From the NCBI GenBank assembly GCA_963703225.1, contig OY969801.1:2400001-2464000 (forward strand): 64,000 nt of DNA, written 5' to 3'. The notes under the pieces are model-generated. The model worked only from the letters and a program-made list of their open reading frames with translations. It had not been told where the DNA came from and made no database searches. Position numbers and translations under genes: made by a program. Position 1 is the stretch's first letter; every line of letters begins with the position of its first letter. Positions 30,725-41,134 of this stretch are shown in pieces. The stretch is from Candidatus Eiseniibacteriota bacterium (GTDB taxonomy: Bacteria; Eisenbacteria; RBG-16-71-46; SZUA-252).

Positions 30725-31107
30725 GCTCCCTCCGCCCCCGCCTTGCCCCGCCTGCTTCGCTTGTACTCTTCGATGAGCCGCTCCACCCGGTCACCTCCCT
30801 CGATCACCCCCGGGCGGCGCTCCGCCCTGGGGACCTCGCGTTCTTCCTCCGCGAGGACCTCGAGCACGTCGCCCATGATGTCGTCGCGCATGCGGCCATG
30901 ATCCTCCGCAGAGATCTTTCCCGAATCACGATCGAAGTCGAGATCGAGGAGGGTGCCGTAGAGCCGCCCCTTTCGCTCGGCGATGGACCGGCGGCGCGCT
31001 TCGGCGGCGGGCTCCACCCACATGCGTTCTCCGCGAGCGAAGAGGAGCGGCGAGAGAACAAAGAGGGCCACGCCGAGAACGAGGAGCACCTGGACGAGAA
31101 GGGTCAT
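30721..31107 (-). CDS. CcmI/CycH N-terminal-like protein
   Basis: N-terminal TM followed by LLDLDFDRDSGKISAED motif. Confidence 0.65.
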   Translation of the reverse strand: MTLLVQVLLVLGVALFVLSPLLFARGERMWVEPAAEARRRSIAERKGRLYGTLLDLDFDRDSGKISAEDHGRMRDDIMGDVLEVLAEEEREVPRAERRPGVIEGGDRVERLIEEYKRSRRGKAGAEGA

Positions 31108-31156
31108 CGTCCCCGGGCCGAAGGGAGCCGGTTCCAGGCGATCACGGCCGCGGGCA

Positions 31157-31672
31157 TCACTCGCGGAGGCGCTTCAGCTCCGCCTCGGCGCGCGCGCGCA
31201 GCGCGACCATGTCCTGCTCGGCGGTTGAGCCCGCACCCCAGGGGCCCGGCGCCACGCCCAAGGGACCGGCCGGGACAGGCGCGCGGCGGCGCACCCAGCG
31301 CAGGAGGACGAAGCCGGCAACCGCGAATCCAAGCAGGGTCGCCGCAAAGGGGGCGATCCAGACCACGAGATTGAAGCCCTGTGCTTTGGGCGCCCCGCGA
31401 ATCACCTCTCCGTATTTCGCGACAAGCGACGCGACGATCTGATCCTTGCCCTGGCCCTTCTGGAGCGCGTCCGAGACAAATCCCTGCATCGCCTTCCCGG
31501 TGTCGCACGTGCAACCGCTCAGGATCTCGCCGCAGGAGCAGGGGCAGATGAGCTGGCTCGTGATCTGGCGCGCCGGATCTTTCTTCCCGGAGGACGCCTC
31601 GAAAGCCCTCGCCGCCGAGCTGCTTGCGACCAGCGCCAGGCAGGTCAGGACGGCCACGACCCAGGCTCTCAC
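31157..31672 (-). CDS. ccmH: Cytochrome c biogenesis protein CcmH (Cys-rich variant)
   Basis: GTG overlapping ccmF stop; signal peptide; LICPCSC...C.C, V.KYG....P, WIAP. Confidence 0.85.
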   Translation of the reverse strand: MRAWVVAVLTCLALVASSSAARAFEASSGKKDPARQITSQLICPCSCGEILSGCTCDTGKAMQGFVSDALQKGQGKDQIVASLVAKYGEVIRGAPKAQGFNLVVWIAPFAATLLGFAVAGFVLLRWVRRRAPVPAGPLGVAPGPWGAGSTAEQDMVALRARAEAELKRLRE

Positions 31673-33630
31673 TGGAGGAGTTTCTCCTCGCGCTTGAGCC
31701 GCATCCGATCCCCCAGCGCGATCAGGGTTCCCAGGACCATCACCACTCCCCCCAGCCAGACAAAGCTGACCAAGGGATTGATGTAAGCCTGGATGGAGGC
31801 CGAGCCGTCCTCGTTGATACCGCCCAAAATCACGTAGAGGTCCTCGGCGGCGCTGGAACGGAGCGCGACCTCGGTCATCGGCTGCTGCGATTTGGAGTAG
31901 AAGGCCTTCGCGGGGTGCATGACCCCGACCGACCTTCCATCCCGCGCCACGTCGACCGCGGCCCGGGTTTGCACGGCGTTCGCGATCTGCCTCTCCTCGG
32001 TACCCCGGAGCGTCAGCCGGTAGGGGCCGATCGCGAGCGATTCCCCTGCCTTGAGCGGTTGGTGGCTCTCCTTCTGGAACACGGATGAGCCGAGCACGCC
32101 GACAAAGATCAGCACGACGCCCAGATGGACGATGTAGCCGCCGTACCGTCGCTTGTTCTTCTGGACCAGGTGGACCACCGCGAGCGGCGGGGCCGCCGGC
32201 TCCACCTCCCGCCGCGCCTGGATCCCGCGGGCGAATTCCATGACGATCGCGGCGATCACAAACGCGGAGCCAAACACGCAGACGATGGGATAGACGCCGT
32301 GGAGGCCGAACGGGATGCCGGTCAACGTTGCGAGGACCCCTACGAACGTAGGAATCAGAAAATTGCGCTTCATCACCGACGCGGTCGCGCGTTTCCAGGA
32401 GAGCACCGGGCCAATCCCCGTGAGCATGAGGAGCGCGAGCGCGATCGGGACGTTCACGCGGTTGAAAAAGGGCGCCGAGACGGAGATCTTTTCCCCCGTG
32501 ACGGCCTCGCTCAAGACCGGGAAGGTGGTGCCGAGGAACGTCGCGAACGCCAGCGCCACGAAGAGCACGTTGTTGAACAGGAAGGAGCCCTCGCGCGACA
32601 CCACCGCGTCCATCCGGTTTTCGCTCTCGAGCAGCGCTTTTCGGTACAGAATCAGGGCCGTGGCGGTCGTGCTCGAGATCAGGATGAATCCCATGAACCA
32701 TGGGCCGATATCGGATTCGGCGAACGAGTGGACCGACGTGAGCACCCCCGACCGGGTGAGAAAGGTGCCAAAGATCGAGAGCTCGAACGTGAGCACGATG
32801 AGCGCTACGTTCCAGGTTTTGAGCATTCCCCGGCGCTGCTCGATCATGACCGAGTGGAGGAAGGCCGTGCCCACGAGCCAGGGCATGAGCGAGGCGTTCT
32901 CCACCGGGTCCCAGCCCCAGTAGCCGCCCCATCCCAGCTCGATGTACGCCCACCGGGCGCCGAGCAGGATCCCAAAGCCCAAGAACATCCAGTTGAACAG
33001 GGTCCAGCGGCGCACTTCCTCAATCCACCGCGTTCCGGTGCGATTCATCAAGAGCACCGCGATGCCGAACGCGAAGGGGATGATGAAGCCGACATAGCCT
33101 GTGTAGAGAATCGGAGGGTGGATCATCATGCCCGGATCTTGAAGCAGCGGATTGAGCCCGTTCCCGTCGGCCGGCGGCGTGGCCAGGATCCGAAACGGAG
33201 AACTCACGAAGGTCAGAAGCCCGGTGAAGAAGATCATGACCGAGGCGACGACCATGGCGGCCGCGTCGTAGAACGGGTCGATCCGCTTTCGGTAGCACCA
33301 GAGGAAGACCGCGCCGTACGCGCTCAGGATCAAGAGCCAGAGCAAAAGCGATCCCTCCTGCCCGGCCCAGAGCGCGCCCATCGCGTAGGGGAGCGGCAGG
33401 TCGAGGCTGGTGTGCTCGGCCACGTAGCGGTAGGAGAAGTCGCGCGCGATCAGCGCCCTCTCGAGGATGATCGTGGCCAGCAGCGTCAGCGCGCAGACGA
33501 TCCAGACCGCGCGGCGGCCGCTTCGAAGCGGCCCGGCGAGGCCCGACCTCAGGCCCCAGGCGATGGAGATGACCGCGTAGCAGGAGCACGCAAACGCGAG
33601 AATGAGGGCGAGTCTTCCGATTTCGCTCAG
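31669..33630 (-). CDS. ccmF: Heme lyase CcmF
   Basis: WAGQEGSLLLW, GLNPLLQ, HPP.LY.GY, WGGYWGWDPVENAS, TRSG...SVHSF; start inferred at CTG 33630. Confidence 0.95.
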   Translation of the reverse strand: MSEIGRLALILAFACSCYAVISIAWGLRSGLAGPLRSGRRAVWIVCALTLLATIILERALIARDFSYRYVAEHTSLDLPLPYAMGALWAGQEGSLLLWLLILSAYGAVFLWCYRKRIDPFYDAAAMVVASVMIFFTGLLTFVSSPFRILATPPADGNGLNPLLQDPGMMIHPPILYTGYVGFIIPFAFGIAVLLMNRTGTRWIEEVRRWTLFNWMFLGFGILLGARWAYIELGWGGYWGWDPVENASLMPWLVGTAFLHSVMIEQRRGMLKTWNVALIVLTFELSIFGTFLTRSGVLTSVHSFAESDIGPWFMGFILISSTTATALILYRKALLESENRMDAVVSREGSFLFNNVLFVALAFATFLGTTFPVLSEAVTGEKISVSAPFFNRVNVPIALALLMLTGIGPVLSWKRATASVMKRNFLIPTFVGVLATLTGIPFGLHGVYPIVCVFGSAFVIAAIVMEFARGIQARREVEPAAPPLAVVHLVQKNKRRYGGYIVHLGVVLIFVGVLGSSVFQKESHQPLKAGESLAIGPYRLTLRGTEERQIANAVQTRAAVDVARDGRSVGVMHPAKAFYSKSQQPMTEVALRSSAAEDLYVILGGINEDGSASIQAYINPLVSFVWLGGVVMVLGTLIALGDRMRLKREEKLLQ

Positions 33631-34040
33631 GAGCGGTCCTTCCCCAAACCCTCCGCCTCGTACTTGGAGGGGCACTTGGTCACGAGCTTCGAGGCCACGA
33701 GCGTTCTGTCCGCGTGGCGGTAGGTTCCTTCGACCACGACCTCTCGGCCCGCGGCGAACGCGTCGGGCATGAGCCCTTCGTAGACGACCCCGATGGCCTC
33801 CTTGCCGTCGGTCATCTTGAAGCTCAATCGGGGCTCGCGCTGGTCGTAGACGACGCTCCCGGGGGCGACCTTTCCGTCGAGGCGAAACCCTCCGGACTTG
33901 GGCGCCTGGCTCAAAGTGGCCAGCTCGGTCACGCTCATGTACTGGAGGCCCGTTTGTTTTACACCGGAGAGGATGAGATAGGTCACCGATCCCACGACGG
34001 CGAGCGTGACGAGGATCAGCCGTAATGACGTCCTATTCAT
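33627..34040 (-). CDS. ccmE: Heme chaperone CcmE, CxxxY type
   Basis: N-terminal TM, V.Y.G..PDAF..GREVVVEG, KCPSKY. Confidence 0.92.
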   Translation of the reverse strand: MNRTSLRLILVTLAVVGSVTYLILSGVKQTGLQYMSVTELATLSQAPKSGGFRLDGKVAPGSVVYDQREPRLSFKMTDGKEAIGVVYEGLMPDAFAAGREVVVEGTYRHADRTLVASKLVTKCPSKYEAEGLGKDRS

Positions 34041-34090
34041 GGATTAGCCCGCGGTCGATGGAGGGGGGAAGAAAGAGGCGCATTGGCTCA

Positions 34091-34118
34091 ATTGTGGCAG
34101 AGGAACGCGCCCAGTCAA
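34091..34118 (-). promoter_or_regulatory. Putative sigma-70 promoter of ccm operon
   Basis: TTGACT-N16-CACAAT with TG extension, about 50 nt upstream of ccmE. Confidence 0.45.
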
Positions 34119-34166
34119 GCCAAGACGGTCGCCGCCAAAATTTCTGGGGATCCGCCTCGACCGCTT

Positions 34167-34841
34167 CTACACGACGACGCGCCTCGGTTTGATCAGGCGC
34201 ACGAACGCGAGGCCTGCCACGAATCCGCCCACGTGGGCCCACCACGCCACACCGCCCCCTGCCGCGCCGAGCGTGACAAACCCGCTCACCGCCTGGAGGA
34301 GAAACCAAACGCCGAGCATCACCCACGCGGGCAGCTCCACCAGCCGGAAGATGAACCCGAGCGGCACGAGCGTGAGAACGCGCGCTCCCGGGAAGAGGGC
34401 GGCGTACGCCCCGAGCACTCCGGCGATCGCGCCGCTCGCCCCAATCGTGGGAAGCGTGGACGTGGGCGAGAGCGCGTAGTGCGTCGCGCCCGCCGCAAGC
34501 CCGCAGAAGAGGTAGAACCCCAGGAATCGGAACGAACCCAAGGTGTCCTCGACATTGTCGCCGAAGATCCAGAGGAACCACATGTTGCCGATCAGGTGGA
34601 GCCACCCACCGTGGAGGAACATCGACGTGAAGAACGGCACGATCGCGGCTCCCCATCCGATCGTCCCGGTCTCGATCCCGTAGGTGATGTTTCCGGGAAC
34701 GAGCGCGAAGGAATTGAAGACGCGGTCGATTCTCGCGCCGGCCGCGAGCTCGAGAAGGAAGGCACACAGGCAGGCGACGATGATCGTCACCGTGGCCGCT
34801 GGAAACGTTCCCGAGGGATTGTGGTCGCGGATCGGGATCAT
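34167..34841 (-). CDS. Rhomboid intramembrane serine protease
   Basis: SMFLHGGWLH.IGNM, GASGAIAG, AWWAHVGGF. Confidence 0.93.
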   Translation of the reverse strand: MIPIRDHNPSGTFPAATVTIIVACLCAFLLELAAGARIDRVFNSFALVPGNITYGIETGTIGWGAAIVPFFTSMFLHGGWLHLIGNMWFLWIFGDNVEDTLGSFRFLGFYLFCGLAAGATHYALSPTSTLPTIGASGAIAGVLGAYAALFPGARVLTLVPLGFIFRLVELPAWVMLGVWFLLQAVSGFVTLGAAGGGVAWWAHVGGFVAGLAFVRLIKPRRVVV

Positions 34842-34865
34842 TCGGTTTCGCCTACGAGTTCGGGA

Positions 34866-35516
34866 TCAGGGCTCCATCGTGACGAGCCGCCCATAGAATC
34901 GGCCGATCGCAGCGCCCGCCACCACGTCCGAGAACCAATGGTGGTCGCCGATGACGCGGGAAGACGCCACGAACAGGGCCGCGCCGTACCCGATCCAGCC
35001 CGCGATCCCACCGTAGCGGCGGTCGATGACGGTCGCGACGGCGAACGTATTCGCCGAGTGCCCCGATGGAAACGAGCGGTCGTCGGACCCATCGGGTCGC
35101 TCTCGATGGGTGGCATACTTGAGGGTCGCGACGGTGGCGCTGGTCGCGGCCAGCGCCAGCGCGAGGTCCTTGGCCAGCCCCAGCTTCCCCTCGTCATGCC
35201 CAACCCAACCGTCGAGGGCGATCACGGCCGTGCCCCCGCCGAGGACCCAAGCGCTGCCGAGCGCGTTGCCAGCCTTGTCGACAAAGGTGCCCTGGCCGGA
35301 GCCGGGCTCGATCGTGTCATCGAGGAGGAACCCCACGCCGATCGCCGCACCCGAAATCGCGGCCTCCCGGAGAACGGTCGAGTGGCGCGAGGATGCGGCG
35401 GAGTCGGTGAGAAGCAGGGTGGGTTCGGTCGGCGCTGGCTCGGTGGGTTGAGCGCCGGCTGGCGAGGCGATGCAGAAAATGGCGGCGATCCCCGCGGCGA
35501 CGACTCGGAGGCGCAT
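34866..35516 (-). CDS. PAP2 family phosphatase
   Basis: K...RERPDG, SFPSGH, SRV...HHW.SDV. Confidence 0.88.
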   Translation of the reverse strand: MRLRVVAAGIAAIFCIASPAGAQPTEPAPTEPTLLLTDSAASSRHSTVLREAAISGAAIGVGFLLDDTIEPGSGQGTFVDKAGNALGSAWVLGGGTAVIALDGWVGHDEGKLGLAKDLALALAATSATVATLKYATHRERPDGSDDRSFPSGHSANTFAVATVIDRRYGGIAGWIGYGAALFVASSRVIGDHHWFSDVVAGAAIGRFYGRLVTMEP

Positions 35517-35531
35517 GCCGGGGAGGATACG

Positions 35532-36191
35532 CTATGGGTTTCGCGTCACAAAGCGGCCGATAAGCCGCCCGATAATGGCGCCGGCGATGACGTCGGAGAG
35601 GTAATGGTGATCGTCCGCGACCCGCGCCTCGGAGGCGAATGCCGCCGCGGTGTAGGCGATCCATCCCGCTGCGCCGCCATAGCGGCGGTCGATGACCGTG
35701 GCAGCCGCGAAGGTGACCGCCGCGTGGCCGGAGGGAAACGAATAGTGGTTCGAGCCGTCCGGCCGCTCCCGCTGTGTCACGAGCTTGATCGACCACCCCA
35801 CCAGAGTGCTCGCGCCCATCGCGATGCCAAGCTCCTTCGCCGTCTGGAGGGACTTGGGGCGGTCATACGCCACGCCATCCACGGCCAGAGCCGCCGTCCC
35901 GCCCAGCAGAAATGGCGCCGCGCCGAACACCTCCCCGGGCACCTCCACGAGCGTTCCTGGCGCCTTGTCGGGTACCCCGTCGGGATAGACCCCCTGCACG
36001 GAGCTATCGAGGGCGAATCCAGCTCCCACCAGGGCCGCGGAGATCAAGATTTCTCGGACGACCTTGGAGGGCAGTGCGCTCGACTCGGCCGGATGAAACG
36101 CGGCGAGCGAGATCGCAAGCATCGGCGCCAGAACGTGTCGCGGAATCCGCACGAGAGGATTTACACCGATACCGCCCCGGCTCGCCACCAT
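35532..36191 (-). CDS. PAP2 family phosphatase (tandem paralog)
   Basis: K...RERPDG, SFPSGH, ARV..DHHYLSDV; start uncertain. Confidence 0.85.
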   Translation of the reverse strand: MVASRGGIGVNPLVRIPRHVLAPMLAISLAAFHPAESSALPSKVVREILISAALVGAGFALDSSVQGVYPDGVPDKAPGTLVEVPGEVFGAAPFLLGGTAALAVDGVAYDRPKSLQTAKELGIAMGASTLVGWSIKLVTQRERPDGSNHYSFPSGHAAVTFAAATVIDRRYGGAAGWIAYTAAAFASEARVADDHHYLSDVIAGAIIGRLIGRFVTRNP

Positions 36192-36232
36192 TATTCGCTC
36201 CCGCTCCCGGGTTGGCGTATCCTCTCGCGCTC

Positions 36233-37321
36233 ATGGGCAAAGCCAGGCCAGCGTCCCGCTTCCGGCCCCTCGCCGCGCTCGCCGAATCGGCGATCTCCTC
36301 CGGGCTGATCCCCGGCATGGTGCTCGCGGTCGGGCGCCCCGACCGGGCGGTCTTTCTCGAGGCATTCGGGCACCGCGCTCGGGAGCCCCGCCGGGAGCCG
36401 ACGACCCGGAAAACGATCTTCGACCTCGCCTCGCTGACCAAGGTGATGGTGACCGCGCCGCTCACCGTGGAGCGCGCGGTGCGGGGCGAGATCTCCCTGC
36501 TCGAACCGGTCGCGAAGTACCTCACCGAGACGGAGGGAACGGCGATCGGCTCGATCCCGCTCCACCTGCTCCTCACCCACACGGCGGGATTTCAGGCCGA
36601 CAACCCGATCGAGGACTACGCGGGTGGAAAGGGCGATCTGCTCGCCGCCATCGCGCGGGAGCCGCTCGCAGCGCCGCCCGGCGCCCGGTTTGTCTACAGC
36701 GACGTCGGCTACGTCGTCTTGCAGATGATCCTCGAGAGAAGGTCCCATCGCCGGTTGGACCGGATCGTCGAAGACGGCCTCTTCACTCCGCTCCGGTTTC
36801 GAGACACGCGATTCGGGGTCCGGCCGGCGGACGTCAAGCGGACGGCGCCGACGGAGCGCGCGCGGGGCCGGTGGCTTCGCGGGCGGGTTCACGACCCCCG
36901 GGCCCGCTCCAAGGCCCTCGCGGGCGTCGGCGGGCACGCGGGGATCTTCGGCACCGCGGAGGAAGTGGCCCGATTCTGCGAGCTGATCCTGAACCGGGGG
37001 CGCTTCCGGGGCCGCACCATCCTCTCCGAGGAGACGGTCCGCGCGATGACCACCAATCAGTGCGGGGGGAACGTCGGCGTTCGGCGCGGCTTTGGATTCG
37101 ACATCGAGAGCCCCTACTCGGCCCCACGCGGCCGCCACTTCTCGCGCAATTCCTTCGGGCACACGGGGTGGACCGGAGTCTCCCTCTGGATCGACCCCGA
37201 GTCCAATGCCTACGTCGTGCTATTGACGAACGCGATACACCCCGACGGGCACAAAGATCTCAAAGCCTTCCGGTACGAGGCCGCGACGCTGGCGGCCGAG
37301 GGATTGGGAATCCGGACCTAG
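36233..37321 (+). CDS. Serine hydrolase, beta-lactamase class C-like
   Basis: FDLASLTK (SxxK), LLTHTAG, YSD, GHAGIF, GHTGWTG. Confidence 0.9.
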   Translation: MGKARPASRFRPLAALAESAISSGLIPGMVLAVGRPDRAVFLEAFGHRAREPRREPTTRKTIFDLASLTKVMVTAPLTVERAVRGEISLLEPVAKYLTETEGTAIGSIPLHLLLTHTAGFQADNPIEDYAGGKGDLLAAIAREPLAAPPGARFVYSDVGYVVLQMILERRSHRRLDRIVEDGLFTPLRFRDTRFGVRPADVKRTAPTERARGRWLRGRVHDPRARSKALAGVGGHAGIFGTAEEVARFCELILNRGRFRGRTILSEETVRAMTTNQCGGNVGVRRGFGFDIESPYSAPRGRHFSRNSFGHTGWTGVSLWIDPESNAYVVLLTNAIHPDGHKDLKAFRYEAATLAAEGLGIRT

Positions 37322-37415
37322 CAGGGAGGCCGGCTCGGCGGGCTCCGATTCGCCGGATGCCCCCTGGAGAGGCAGAGGCCATGCGGCTTTCATGCGCCCC
37401 CTTCCATGGGGGAGA

Positions 37416-38003
37416 TCAGTACTTGTACTTGGGCTCCCAGTCGTTCACGCCGTCGGAGAGCAGCGCGAAGAGGTGCCAAATCCCGCTGAAGGGGTCAAAT
37501 GGCCCGAAGGGCGCCTTGGCAATGCGGTGGATCTTGCCGTCGGCTGCCCGGTGAAACGTCGAGACCCCCGGCATCCAGCCCTTCTCGCCGCGGAACCCCA
37601 TGTCCTCGATGAAGCTCGATCCGTGCCCCGAGACCATCGTGAATTTCCAGCCCCGTGACTCGCCGAATTGTTTCTGGGTCTCTGCCGAGTCGGGGGAGCA
37701 AACCACGAAGGCCGCGCGACTCTCGAGATGCGGGACGACCCCATTGAACCCATCGGCCCAGAGCGTGCAGTAGCGGCAACCCTTCCCCATGTTGTGGATG
37801 ACCACGAGGTCGGTCTTGTCGCCGAAGAGCTGGGAGAGCTTCACCGGCCCATCGGCCCCCGCGAGTGTGTAGTCATCAACCTGCTCCTTAGGGAGCTGAC
37901 GCTTTAGCTCCGCCAATTTTTCCTGCTGCGTCACGAGATATTCTTCAAGGCGCTCGATTTCGGAAACGACGTCGGTGCTGCTCGGATTCATGAGATCCTC
38001 CAA
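37416..38003 (-). CDS. DUF899 family protein (thioredoxin-like)
   Basis: LSQLFGDK.DL...HNMG..CRYCTLWADG, PGVS.F; start may be 37991. Confidence 0.8.
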   Translation of the reverse strand: MEDLMNPSSTDVVSEIERLEEYLVTQQEKLAELKRQLPKEQVDDYTLAGADGPVKLSQLFGDKTDLVVIHNMGKGCRYCTLWADGFNGVVPHLESRAAFVVCSPDSAETQKQFGESRGWKFTMVSGHGSSFIEDMGFRGEKGWMPGVSTFHRAADGKIHRIAKAPFGPFDPFSGIWHLFALLSDGVNDWEPKYKY

Positions 38004-38197
38004 CCACCGAGGTGATTCGCTGCGTCGGCAGGGCGAGGTGCGGGTCCGATGAGTCTAGTCTCCTGGGCGCGCGGCGCAATCGGAATCGGCCCTCGTCCAG
38101 GGGCCAACGCCGCGGCGTTATACTCCGTCGAGTTCGGGGCCCGGTGCCCCGCTATCCCCCCATCGGGAGAAGAGTTGTGAGGAGAGGCCCCAGCCAG

Positions 38198-39214
38198 GTG
38201 TGGAGAGACGCGGTTGGTCGAGCAATCGCTGTCACGCTGGTGGCGGCGGCGGGCGGGAGTTTGCTTGCCGCGAAGGCCGCGCCCGCCCCCACGTTTGAGT
38301 CCCACTGGCAGGACGGAAAGGCCGAGCTGGACGGGTACCGCTACACCGTCACGCGGTACGGCCAGCCCAGGCGGGGCACCGCGGTGATGGTCTTCGTGAC
38401 CGAGCCATTCAGCGAATCGAAGCGGGTCAAGGCCGACGACCCCAACGCGAACCCGGCCGACACCTTTGAGGCCCTCAAGCTCAATTTCATCCGCGATTTC
38501 CAGACCGGGATCTACGACTACAACACCATGGTCTCGCTCTTCGTGCGCACCCGGGACTTCTCCCCCGTGAAGATTTCGTTCTCGAGCGCGGAATGGTGCG
38601 GCCATGTCTACGAGGAGATGCTATTTGGAGCCCGCCAGATCGCGGACCGCTACGTCAGCTACTTCGAAGATGAATCCGCCAACCGTCAGCTCGATCTAAG
38701 GGAGAAAGGACTCGCGGAGGAGGAGCTTTTCGTGCGGCTGCGCGGGCTTCGGGGTGAGTGGCTTCGGCCAGGCGAGAGCGAGGGAATCTCGCTCCTGCCG
38801 TCGGCCTTCTATCGTCGACTCACCCATTCGCCCCTGGACTGGGAGCAGGCCACCGTCGAGCGGAGGGCGGGGCCTGAGAGGGCGACCGTTCCGGCTGGAA
38901 CATTCGAGGCGAGTGTCTACACCGTCAAGGTCTTGGGAGTGCGCGAGGGCCGCTTCTGGGTCGAGCAGGCCTATCCGCATCGCGTCGTACGGTGGGAATG
39001 GAAGACGATGACGCGACCCACGGGAGGGTCGCGTGGGCATTGGAGCCCTTCGGAAGCTCTCGACGCCGGGGAGTTGACCGGGAGCGCGCGCCTCGCCTAC
39101 TGGCAGCTCCACAAATTGGGCGACGAGAAATATCTACGCGATCTAGGACTCACGTCCGGACCGGGGGGCGCGAAGGCGCCCACCGGCGTCCCCCAAGCGG
39201 GAGAGCGAAAATGA
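38198..39214 (+). CDS. Conserved hypothetical exported protein
   Basis: Signal peptide from GTG 38198 with GGAGAGG RBS; W.DGKAEL..Y....RYG..R.G.AV..FVTE.F, F.TGIYDY..M.S.F, S..EWCGHV. Confidence 0.7.
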   Translation: MWRDAVGRAIAVTLVAAAGGSLLAAKAAPAPTFESHWQDGKAELDGYRYTVTRYGQPRRGTAVMVFVTEPFSESKRVKADDPNANPADTFEALKLNFIRDFQTGIYDYNTMVSLFVRTRDFSPVKISFSSAEWCGHVYEEMLFGARQIADRYVSYFEDESANRQLDLREKGLAEEELFVRLRGLRGEWLRPGESEGISLLPSAFYRRLTHSPLDWEQATVERRAGPERATVPAGTFEASVYTVKVLGVREGRFWVEQAYPHRVVRWEWKTMTRPTGGSRGHWSPSEALDAGELTGSARLAYWQLHKLGDEKYLRDLGLTSGPGGAKAPTGVPQAGERK

Positions 39215-39741
39215 ACGTCGGGCGATGGGTCGAGAGGAAGTTCGAGTTCACGATGCCGGTCGCGCGGTTCCCTGTGGTGCTGGAGCGGCTCCGAGGGGCG
39301 CCGGCGAGGATGGAGTCAAAGCTCTTGGCACTCCCGCCGGAGATCCGAACCCGCCGCGATGGGGACCATTGGTCGATCCAGGAGCACGCCGGGCATCTCA
39401 TCGACCTCGACGAGCTGCACAGCGGCCGGCTGGACGACTTTCTCGCGGGAGCGAAAGAGCTGCGATCGTGGGACGTGACGAACCGAAGGACGTATGAGGC
39501 CGACTACAACGCGCGCCCGGCGGCCGAAATCCTCAAGACCTTCCGGGAGGACCGCGGTCGATTCGTCGAGCGCCTCGACCGCTGGAAGGACGAGGACATC
39601 GCCCGAACCGCGATCCATCCGCGGCTCAAGCAGCCGATGCGCGTCATCGACATGGCCTACTTCGTCGCCGAGCACGACGACCATCACTTCGCGGTCATGA
39701 CCGAGCTGGCCAAGAAGCTCGCCGCCAAGGTGACGGCGTAA
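39211..39741 (+). CDS. DinB family protein
   Basis: [22 protein letters not shown] overlaps previous stop. Confidence 0.88.
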   Translation: MNVGRWVERKFEFTMPVARFPVVLERLRGAPARMESKLLALPPEIRTRRDGDHWSIQEHAGHLIDLDELHSGRLDDFLAGAKELRSWDVTNRRTYEADYNARPAAEILKTFREDRGRFVERLDRWKDEDIARTAIHPRLKQPMRVIDMAYFVAEHDDHHFAVMTELAKKLAAKVTA

Positions 39742-39753
39742 CGCGTCCGCCGT

Positions 39754-41127
<1,374 letters not shown>

Positions 41128-41134
41128 GGGGGGG

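Noticed and set aside
31157..32953. 598-aa CcmH
   Set aside because: Upstream part is an alternative frame within ccmF; CcmH starts at GTG 31672
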